The notes below the pieces were generated by a model that was not told the DNA's origin, made no database searches, and saw nothing but the letters and a program-made list of their open reading frames with translations. The translations under genes and the position numbers were made by a program. A DNA stretch of 63,993 nt, the filler included, from Neolecta irregularis DAH-3 (taxonomy: Eukaryota), in the NCBI GenBank assembly GCA_001929475.1. It is 7 parts of 7 records of this genome, joined end to end, with 100 filler letters (N's around TTAATTAATTAA, not from the genome) between each part and the next. Parts side by side here need not be neighbours in the genome. Positions count along the whole stretch, not along the records: positions 1 to 28,169 come from LXFE01000337.1; positions 28,270 to 40,904 come from LXFE01000339.1; 5 more parts are not named here. One strand, 5' to 3'. Of this stretch, positions 25,018-34,257 are shown piece by piece (within the stretch, counting starts at the first letter, position 1; each line of letters starts with the position of its first letter).

Positions 25018-26033
25018 TCCTTTTTTCCAAACCAGTCCTATATTCGTCAAGTTGGTTTTCTAGACATTGGAATTTCACTTTTAATGCTCATTTTCTAAGG
25101 TCCCTCAAACAAATGGGTCAATAGGACAGAGTACTGGCCTGCATAGGAATACTATTATAAGACAAACCGAAACTATTTCATATCAATACACTTCACCATT
25201 CTCTTCAATAGTGCTCATAATCATCGTAATTGTTACTCTTGTAACTCCCGCAATCACAATGATCATTTTTCTGATCCCGGATTCTGTTCTCATCATAATA
25301 ATCATACTCGCCATCACAGCCATCATACTCGCAATCACAATCATCATTATATGTTTCTCCTGGTTCATTTTCGTTGTCACTTGTAACCCCTAGGCTAGAC
25401 TTACCCCGAAAACTGGATGATTCGATGGTGCCTGGGGATGGAAACGAGGTCATGGTACCATAATTACCCGGGTAATTAAAGTCGTAGGGTTCATAGCTAT
25501 CATCTACATCCTTGGAATAGGCCCAAGAGACTGAAAGCCAATACCACCGCGCTCACCAATCAACAAACAACAATCTATTATAATCCTATAAACGCCTGTG
25601 ACCTCAAGCTACATCCTGCGTGCAACACGCGCTAGTTGTATTAAGGCAGGTGGCTCCGCATGCTTCACTTTTCTCTGGGCGAAATGTTTCTTGTTTCCTT
25701 TTCACCTCGAGCTCACCTACGTTTCAACAAAGCCATGAACCAAGCAGAAAATTACAATTACCAAGAAATTATCATCACGACGGGAATTCCTTGAGGCACA
25801 CTTCGCTGCTGCCTATTCCTCCTTCCTTTATGGATCTGAATTTGTTCCGCAATTTTCCTCATTAAGCTTGGTAGCTCTTCTTGTGGAGAATAAGACTGAT
25901 CGGGTCTTGAGGATGTTGCTGCTCAGTTTGTCACTGAGCTCGTTCTTTCTCTTTGCGGTCAGCAAGCCCATCCACATGATGGATTTGTCATCGTCGGTAT
26001 TCCCGATCTGGTTATCTGTGGCAATGGTTGTTT

Positions 26034-26066
26034 TCTGGTGGCTGTGGGGGTTCCGGGAATCCCCAC
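26034..26066 (-). repeat. Second copy of the 33-bp hairpin repeat
   Basis: Reverse complement of 5424-5456. Confidence 0.9.
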
Positions 26067-26166
26067 TTGGAACCTTCATACAACGAATTCAACGGAACCC
26101 AACCGCCTCCCAAAATCAATTTGTTTAAGGTCTAACGTGATACCACGGTAGAAAGAATCCTCCTTA

Positions 26167-26339
26167 TAGTCGAACCTGGCTACAGGGAATCTCCATACAA
26201 CGAAATCTTCCCTATAACGAAATCAACTGGTTTCAAAAATTAATTAGTATGCGGTATTTTTCTATCATGATAGAACGAATCCGCCTTATAAAAATTCAAC
26301 GCCCTTGAATGCCACGTTCGTTATAACTAGGTTCGATTG
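26167..26339. mobile_element. pogo/Tc1-mariner-type MITE
   Basis: Imperfect TIRs TAGTCGAACCTGGCTA / TAACTAGGTTCGATTG with TA on both flanks and internal AACGAA repeats. A related left end is at 61219. Confidence 0.8.
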
Positions 26340-27811
26340 TATCGATATTTTCTATATAATTACAACGATGTATCATTCAATATACATTTTGTACACCCTA
26401 ATTATTGAGACTCTCCATGCCGCCAATACCTCGTAATTATACTACTCAATGTGATTCTTCGTTGCCCAGCTGCATTTGGCAATTGCCTTCTCACGAACAA
26501 ATCCGCAGAATTTTAGCCTTAAACAGGCTGGAAGGATATACCTTTAGACTGTCGAGATACTTGTACAGACGCTTTATTCTTTTCGAAAGAACCGGCTTCT
26601 CTTTCTCTTTACCTTCATCATCGGGATCTGCGAATCCTTTGCAATACCAGGGATTCTGACTGTCTGTCTTCGAAGGTGTGTGCATTTCGAATACAATACC
26701 ATCCGTTTTAATATACCTCCGATCAGTTCCGTTAAGCGATTTTCGAAAATATTGCTTCATCTTTTGAAATGACTGTTATATCAAGCAATATTCATTTGAA
26801 AAGTGATCTCTTTATATACACCTCGCTATCAACCGGGTAAAATTGCTATGACTGTTCGTCTAAATGTGTGATGAACACGCATTCATCGTCAAGGCGCTTG
26901 GTCCTTTCTTGGGAACGATAAATTATCAACGGGTTTGGATATGCGCTGTCCTTGTGTGGACTCAGGAGAACCCCACTACAGGCTTAGTGATCGAGATAAT
27001 TTCTCTTTAGTGAGGAGCAAAGTCGACAAGAAGAAGCGGCTTTGTGCTTTATTCGGAAGCCTTTAAAATTTATCTAATCGAGAGTGAACCGAAATACTCG
27101 GATGAAGTAATAGTTTGATGAACCTCAAGGAATCGGTAACTGCAATGTGCAGAAAGCGTCAATATCCTACTCAAACACACGGGGACCTCTGAAGGAGAAT
27201 ATCTCTAAAGGGGAATTATTTTCTTGGTAAAACCTCTATAGAAAGGCTTATCTCATAGTCAATGATCTGGAAAAGTAATATGTGCACAGCATGGAAGATT
27301 TAGAAGGACAATGAGATTGATACTATCATTTATCCAAGAGCAAGAGGCCACACATAAGCTGCTTGTATAAATAGCAGTTGGACGTGTTATTGAATGGTTT
27401 AGTGCAGAGTATGCTGGTCAGAAGTCTTGCGTGTCATATGTATACACTGTACATATCCCAAGACCCCACATCTCGTTTCAAAGGCAGGTCGGCTAAATGC
27501 GCCAGAATAAAACTTTGTTGAGTTGTATTCTTAGTAGTTCCTTTAAGATGTCGATCACAGATTACTAACGATATCCGCTCGGTCTTTTAATGAGATCTAG
27601 ACCAAAATAAGGCACAGATCGCTTTTTAGATTAGTTGTTGCATTTGAGATAGAACATCGTCTCCTCAAAACCGATGCAGTGTCTTCATCCAGCGCTAAAT
27701 CCAAATATAATACTGAAAACGTGGCGTCCTCAAGATAGGCTAGACTTGTTGCACAGCTGTCGGGCATAATGGATGACTTTGCAAGAAACCTTTGATCCTG
27801 ATATAGTGGCA

Positions 27812-28003
27812 CAGTGTTGGCAACAATATAAACCATATGGTATTGGCAATATAAAAATGTCATAATATTATAACAAAATCAAAAAGTCCATCTTATATCA
27901 TCTAATAAAAATTAAATGGTTACAATATTATTACAAAAAACCATATACATATCACACAATATGTAATATATCACATGTAATTGTGATATTGTTGCCGACA
28001 CTG
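27812..28003. mobile_element. hAT-like MITE (192 bp, AT-rich)
   Basis: 18-bp TIRs CAGTGTTGGCAACAATAT / ATATTGTTGCCGACACTG (1 mismatch); degenerate flanking duplication sharing GTGGCA. Confidence 0.8.
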
Positions 28004-28169
28004 ACTGTGGCAGTCAATTTTTGAAAGAACTATCTTCAAACAGGCAAATAGATGGAATCTGATCAATTCTTTCTAGAGAGATTTAATCCATCCAATAATC
28101 AATCATCCTCTACCAGTTCTTCATGTTGGGTAATTGTAGACGAGTCTCATTTTAGCGCTCTTTGCACGT

Positions 28170-28269
28170 NNNNNNNNNNNNNNNNNNNNNNNNNNNNNNN
28201 NNNNNNNNNNNNNTTAATTAATTAANNNNNNNNNNNNNNNNNNNNNNNNNNNNNNNNNNNNNNNNNNNN
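28170..28269. other. Artificial scaffold linker (N..TTAATTAATTAA..N); also at 40905-41004, 43639-43738, 53875-53974, 61684-61783, 62854-62953
   Basis: Identical 100-nt spacer with stops in all six frames, present six times. Confidence 0.98.
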
Positions 28270-28273
28270 TATG

Positions 28274-28340
28274 CAAGCAAGCAAGTCCAAAGTCCAGAAT
28301 TGGACTTGCTTACTTGTTAGCAAGTCTGGTTAAGAATCCT
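28274..28340. repeat. Inverted/subterminal repeats at a contig edge, probable DNA transposon end
   Basis: CAAGCAAGCAAGTCCAA ... TTGGACTTGCTTACTTG hairpin plus a further GCAAGTC copy. Confidence 0.45.
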
Positions 28341-28636
28341 TCCCACAATGGCAGAGGCGAGTCTTGATATTCACTTTGGAACCTAGTCATTGTTCTTTGC
28401 AGTTAGTAGAGTCCAATGTCAAGCATTAATCTTTTGTCACTTAAAGCCATTATTTTCTATGGAAAAACTGATGATGTGGGTCTAAGTAACTTGATTAGCT
28501 GTATGACAAACTTATACTGAGCTAGGAGATTATATTTATCGCATGGATAATTTTTATCTCATTGAAAAAATGTCGTAAATTAGTTTGTTGGTTAGGAGAT
28601 CTTGAACGCCAAATTGAACCACTCACTACCTTTGCC

Positions 28637-29239
28637 ATGCTCGTTCGATGCGCGATTAGAAAAGTACCTATTCGTCGAATTACACCTCGACATTTTTCGA
28701 CGTCTATTAACCCTTTTAAAGGTATCATTTCTATCTCCATTTTTCTTATTAACGTGAATTAACAAGATTCAAATGAGGTTTCAAAGTCTTCTGAATATAG
28801 AGTTCTTCAAGTTCCAGAAGAGCAACTTGAAGCAGTGGGCGCTCTACCCGGCACCGTTCCCACGAATATAGAGCAAGCAACTGGTCTTGAACGAGCGGAA
28901 CTTCTTGGAAAATTGCATGGTGTTGATATTTTCAATATGAAACCGCTTGAAGTTAATCGACTTGGAACCATGAAAGATCCTATTCCTGTTGATTCGTTTT
29001 ATAAGAGACGGTTTGTTGGGTGTACAGGGTATCCTGTTGATAGTCACGATACACTTTGGCTTGACGTTCGAGAGGAGCAAGTTGGACGCTGCCCTGAATG
29101 CGGATGCGTTTATAATTTGAATTTTATCGATATTGGGGTAGAAGGACATCAACATGATCATCCCGATTCTGACATCTCTGATTATCAAACGGGTGGGATT
29201 ATAAATGGACGGGAAATTAGTTGGAAGGCATATCACTAG
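28637..29239 (+). CDS. COX4: Cytochrome c oxidase subunit IV (COX5B family)
   Basis: Mitochondrial presequence; PGTVPTNIEQATGLER, RFVGCTGYPVDSH, RCPECGCVY; one intron. Confidence 0.93.
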
Positions 29240-30081
29240 GTGTGCGGATAAGTTTTGCATATTTTATCAATAAGATATGAATGATTGAAATGGTGTATCT
29301 GTTATGAGTTTCCGGGAATCCATTGGACTGTCTCGAACCATCTTCAGAGCAGCGGACTTATCAGATCATCAAGGGCTTCGACCGGTTGAGATAGGCAACC
29401 ATTTGAAATGTGTGGGCTTTTCTAAATGTAATCAGTCAGAGTTTTGATCGATATATAACCTTTACGATTATGTGAAAAGACACTTTACCTGATGCACTAT
29501 CCTCGCTGCTTCATTTATTTGTAATTACGTAATAGCACCACTTCTCCCCTCTACGCCTTTCAGTAGCCAGATGGAAAGTTCCATTTTTACTTGTCTTTCT
29601 GGTAAAACAATGATCGACATGGTGTTTGTACTTTTTTCTGCTCATCTGTATTTTCTCCTTACTACGTCGGACTATAAAAGCCTTGCTCAGTAGTGCAATA
29701 AACAGAAATTAGAATACAATTACGAAGCAACCTCAGCGAGGTATGTCCAATCGAGTTAGTTGACACCATCACAAAACACTCAAGTGGATGTAATTACGTT
29801 TAATTTCATATCACGGTGAAGGTTCTTTGAAGGCGAATGGAAGATAAAAGTCGAACGAAATATCAAGTCGAGCGATGTCGAGAAATTCGATATTCATGAA
29901 AGCATGAGAATAAGGTCAAGTAAACGATGAATGATTGATGCATCATCGAAAGACAACTCTCAAATACGGATGATTAATAAATGGACATGAGGAACGGCCG
30001 ACATATCAATGAATGGATGAATGAATGAGAGATAAACAGACCGAGAGAAGAACAAGTAAAAAGACTGATCATCATAAGTGA

Positions 30082-31449
30082 TTAATTCAAGATAAAAGTG
30101 ATGGATGCAATGAAAAATAAAACACCGGGATGCAATACAGTTCGTGTAGCCAAACTCTTTCCTTGATTAAATCCATTCTGGGCCTCGGTAGAGCCAGAAG
30201 CTGAGCTTGACCCAGAAGCGGAACCAGAACCAGAAGAAGAACCAGAAAAACTAGAAGTGCCGCCTTGGCTGCCCTGTGCACTTGAACCAGCAACTGATCC
30301 TTGACCCGGGACGTTTTGAACTGTTTGAGTTTGAATATTACTATTTGCTGCTGTGCCACCGGCAGTAAGATTTGTGCCTGTCGCAGCCAGACTTGAAATT
30401 ATAGTCTTGTCATCTTTGATAGCGATGGAAGTATTGAGACCTTTATTGTCTAGCCAAACGTAACTTGTTTGGCCTTGGACTGTAGCGCCAGGGGGAGGAC
30501 CGTAGCATTCTATATTGACTGATTCCAAAAACGCGAAATCGTAGCTGTACTTTTGGATATCTTGGGAATTCCAGTCTATTTCGCCGCCTGCCCACTTTAT
30601 TGTGCCTGGAGCATTTGAGGCTAGACCGCCTGGCCAGAGGGAGAATTGTATTCTGGAGGGGGTTTGAGGGTATTGAAAGTTCCCGGTGGTTGCGTTGTAT
30701 GTGTCCACTTTGTTGAGAGTACGAACTGTTTGGCCGTCGATATCCCATTTTAGGACTTCTGGGGACCAGTCGATGGTGTATGTGTGGGTGGTTGCGAAAG
30801 AATCTGAAATGGAATGATTTCCCGAGTTTGTATCTGGAGTGAGATGTGAAACAGAAAGACTGGTACAATTGAGGACAGCCTGCCAGTAAAAGTTTGACTG
30901 GGCCTGTTGTAGGTCGTTTCCGACGAACTCCCAATCAACTTCGTCGTGGACGTCTGACATTGTGCTGGAGGTCAGAAGGGAGAGAGAAAGGCGATACATG
31001 AAGGAGGTGACTACGCCCTGGCCTCGGGAGCTGCGCATTGCCGCGGACACCTTGCCGTACCACATGTAGCGGGTCCAGCTCAAAACGGTGCCGACCGAGT
31101 TCTTTGGCATGGTGAGGAGGGTGCCGTTCTGGTAGGAGAGGGGCGTGCCCTGGGCCACAAAGTCTGCCTTGGTTGGATCGCCGAGAAAGTCGGAGATAGA
31201 GGCGACGCGATCGAGGGAGGCGAGGGCAAAAGACCCGGACTTGCAGACGGGCATTGGCACGCAGGACTGGAGGGAGAACGACGCCAGGGGGTCGCAGCCC
31301 TGGAGACAAAAGGCTCCGACGCCGCACTGGCCGTACTGCGAACAGCATGGCGTGTCAGAGGGACACTGCCCTGCACCGGCGCCGCACGAGGGGGGAGCAG
31401 CAGTGAGCAGGGTCGCAGTAGCCAGCAGGAGCCACAGAGTGGGTGCCAT
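30082..31449 (-). CDS. UTR2: GPI-anchored GH16 chitin transglycosylase with N-terminal chitin-binding domain (Utr2/Crh2-like)
   Basis: Signal peptide, CPSDTPCCSQYGQCGVGAFCLQGCDP, DEVDWEF, YPQTPSRIQFSLW, Ser-rich linker, hydrophobic C-terminus; two 33-nt introns. Confidence 0.9.
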   Translation of the reverse strand: MAPTLWLLLATATLLTAAPPSCGAGAGQCPSDTPCCSQYGQCGVGAFCLQGCDPLASFSLQSCVPMPVCKSGSFALASLDRVASISDFLGDPTKADFVAQGTPLSYQNGTLLTMPKNSVGTVLSWTRYMWYGKVSAAMRSSRGQGVVTSFMYRLSLSLLTSSTMSDVHDEVDWEFVGNDLQQAQSNFYWQAVLNCTSLSVSHLTPDTNSGNHSISDSFATTHTYTIDWSPEVLKWDIDGQTVRTLNKVDTYNATTGNFQYPQTPSRIQFSLWPGGLASNAPGTIKWAGGEIDWNSQDIQKYSYDFAFLESVNIECYGPPPGATVQGQTSYVWLDNKGLNTSIAIKDDKTIISSLAATGTNLTAGGTAANSNIQTQTVQNVPGQGSVAGSSAQGSQGGTSSFSGSSSGSGSASGSSSASGSTEAQNGFNQGKSLATRTVLHPGVLFFIASITFILN

Positions 31450-31454
31450 GGTGG

Positions 31455-31640
31455 GTTTGGGTGGATATAGGGTGGGTATAGGGTCGGTATTGGGTGGATA
31501 TCGCGTGGATAGAGTGGATATCGCGTGGATAGAGTGGATATCGCGTGGATAGGGTGGATATCGCGTGGATAGGGTGGATACCGGGGGATAGGGTGGATAG
31601 GGTGGATACCGGGGGATAGGGTGGGGATAGGTGGTGAATA
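31455..31640. repeat. Minisatellite, 20-bp unit GTGGATATCGCGTGGATAGR (about 4 copies) with degenerate GGATAGGGT flanks
   Basis: Directly visible tandem repeats filling the IPK1-UTR2 intergenic region. Confidence 0.95.
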
Positions 31641-31679
31641 CAAGACCGAGGGGTATATGCACAATGCCGCGGAGTATTC

Positions 31680-32524
31680 TTAGTCCCTTGTTTCACCACG
31701 CCCGCTAGCCCCGTCCCGCTGCAGCCAGCACTCGCTCGCGGCGTACCACCAACCCCCGCGTTCCAGCTGCGCTGCAGTCTCCCGCCACTCCCTCCTGTCC
31801 CGCTTTGCATCCACATCGCCCAGCCGCACGCCGCCCAGCCGCAGATCCACATACACGCTCACATCCCGCACCGTCATCCCCGCCCGCTCCCCTTCCGCAA
31901 ACCGTTCCTGCAGCCCCCGCACCACCTGCACTATCCCGCTGCCTTCCAGTATCTCCGCCAGCCGCTCCTCCTGCCGTTACCTTGGTCTGTGCGCGCCATA
32001 CCCTGCCCGCCGCAATATAGCCCGCGGCCCTCTTTTTGTCCCCCCACACCATCTCCAGAGGACAGAAACTCTGCTCCTTGCCTCGCATCCCCCGCACCGC
32101 ACACGTCCGGCAGTTCCGCGCATCCCCTGGCGCGCTCTGTGCCTGAACAAGCCATTTAGGCTCCATTAGCTTTCCCTCGAGTCTGCCATACTTTGAATTC
32201 AACCATCTCTTCCCACCTGCACAGATCCTCCACCATCAGAATCTCTTCTTCCTCTACGATCGCTGGTATATCCATATCTGAGATCGCCTCCTTGACTCGT
32301 CTCCACATCTCCCGATTCATCCTAAATAGTCGCATCTTCATACTAAACTCCTTGGGAATAAACGGTCCTATAGCCGACCTGTAATATTCGTAAACATCCC
32401 GCGAATTCATTCCATCCTTTCGAACCCGAATCAACATGTCCTGATTAAGCAATTTATTCTATATACTTACATGTTCGGGCGTGGAAAGAAGAATGTTGGC
32501 GTTGCCTTGTCCGATTACGTTCAT
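31680..32524 (-). CDS. IPK1: Inositol-pentakisphosphate 2-kinase
   Basis: GQGNANI, EFK|PKWLVQ, CRTCA, FCPL, MTVRDVS, GDVDAK; two 31-nt introns. Confidence 0.85.
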
Positions 32525-32574
32525 GTAATATTGAGGTGGACAGAAATTAATTATTACCGAGATCTATTTCTCTC

Positions 32575-32760
32575 ATTGCATATATCGATATTTATATTTA
32601 TATTTACATTGATCCGATATTATATCGGATTGTATCCATATTTGTATTTATATTTGCATTTACATTGATTCGGAATCGTATCGGATGGGATCGATATTTA
32701 TATTGATTGAGTGCATTCTGTTGATTGGGTATTATATCGATCGTATATTTATCCTCTATA
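32575..32760. repeat. AT-rich low-complexity tract (TATATT / ATCGAT-like motifs)
   Basis: Degenerate short repeats upstream of IPK1. Confidence 0.6.
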
Positions 32761-32841
32761 TACTTCACGTCTTGCAAAATATCAATCGTATCATCATATT
32801 TTAACCAAATTTAATCACATCAAAACCACATCTAAACATTA

Positions 32842-33444
32842 TCAAGACATTCGCTCTTCCAAAGGTCTCTGTTGAGGACTTGCACTCCGTTCCCGTCTAG
32901 GTCTTCCCTTGGGTCTAACAAAAGCATAATCACATTCTACCAGCTGATCCAAAATTTTCTTGCTGTTCATCTTTTCAATCGCATTTTTCGCTTCCTCAGG
33001 AGTCGTATACTCGACAAGCGCGTATCCCTATATATCAATCACGGCCCGAGCATGCACTACCTTGACATAACCCGTCCGTCGATCTAAATTCAAGTGACAA
33101 TTTCGAATTTCTCCAAATTCAGCAAAAGCATCTACGATGTCTTCTTCGCTAGCCTCTTCATGAATATTTGTAACCAGTACAATCCATCCCTCAATCGCTG
33201 CACATCATCAATAACACTCGAAAGATGAAACGTACACCTTACTGCAGTAGCCCCGTCTTTTGCGATAAATTCCCCAGCTCCGGATTCCAGAATCGAGGCA
33301 AACGATCCTGTTTCCATGGACGACGCATCAGAAGATTTAAAACCACGACCTTTTCGACGAACGTCTCCTTGTTAGATCACTCTAAAGAAAAAGGCTACCG
33401 GCTGCAGTATCGTCGATTTGCATTTCATCCTCGCGGTCAGTCAT
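32842..33444 (-). CDS. RBM8A: Exon junction complex protein Y14
   Basis: [45 protein letters not shown]. Confidence 0.93.
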
Positions 33445-33627
33445 CTTGTCGGTGAGAAGACGTTCAAGCAGCCTACATGTTCGAAAACTCATTCACATTC
33501 ATAATACATTAAATTTACACACCCTTCATCATTATATCTAAAGTCTATTCAAATATGATTATACCGACGTGCACAAATACTTTATGCATAATCCGCCTTT
33601 TTCAAGTCTTACTTTCCATTCATCAAC

Positions 33628-33969
33628 ATGCCGCAAGGAATCTTTAAGCTCTCCAAAAAACCCGATAAACCTTCAAAAAAACCATCAAATGGACCTAAAC
33701 CTGGACGTATCATCTACCTTTTTGTCCCATCTCACTGTAGAAAAATATATAGCTCCCAAGAAAACAACTTTGGTTAAACAGAAACGGCTGCACACTGTAC
33801 CTCCCATATCGCCCTCTTTATTTAATCATATTAGAAGGTCACAAAAGAAATTAATCGTCGGAATGAAATCGCGTTAGCTGGAAAAGCGGGTTCGACTGGA
33901 AAATTAACAGTGTTGAAAGAAGTCGCTGACTTAGCTGCCCCTTCAAATATCCCAAAAAAGAAGAAATAA
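33628..33969 (+). CDS. Small basic UPF0390/DUF2462-family protein (two introns)
   Basis: Spliced MPQGIFKL...GPKPGRKYIAPKKTTLVKQKRL...KEINRRNEIALAGKAGSTGKLTVLK. Confidence 0.75.
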
Positions 33970-34257
33970 AACTGTAATATCGTCTATGTTGGAGTTTTGG
34001 AATTTGATATCAGTATTGCATCGAGACCTTGTTTATTCACTTTTGTGGTTTTACGTTCTTACCACTCGACGCGATACTGCGGAGCTCGATTTGACGTGAA
34101 GTTGGATAATGCTTGAGATTTGCATACTCAGAATCAATACTTGTTACTAACCCATGTTCAAATTTGAAAAAAATCTGGTTTTTGTGGTTCCGGACACCCC
34201 ACACGTTTCCTAGTAGTAGTGCTGGTTTGCCATTCCTTGATTCTCCCTCCATTCGTC

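Noticed and set aside
28170-28269. Recurring TTAATTAATTAA palindrome within N runs
   Set aside because: Artificial six-frame-stop scaffold spacer; adjacency across these gaps is not guaranteed.
31450-31662. N-terminal repeat extension of the 526-aa ORF (ISTLSTRYPP repeats)
   Set aside because: Translation of the minisatellite; the signal peptide starts at ATG 31449.
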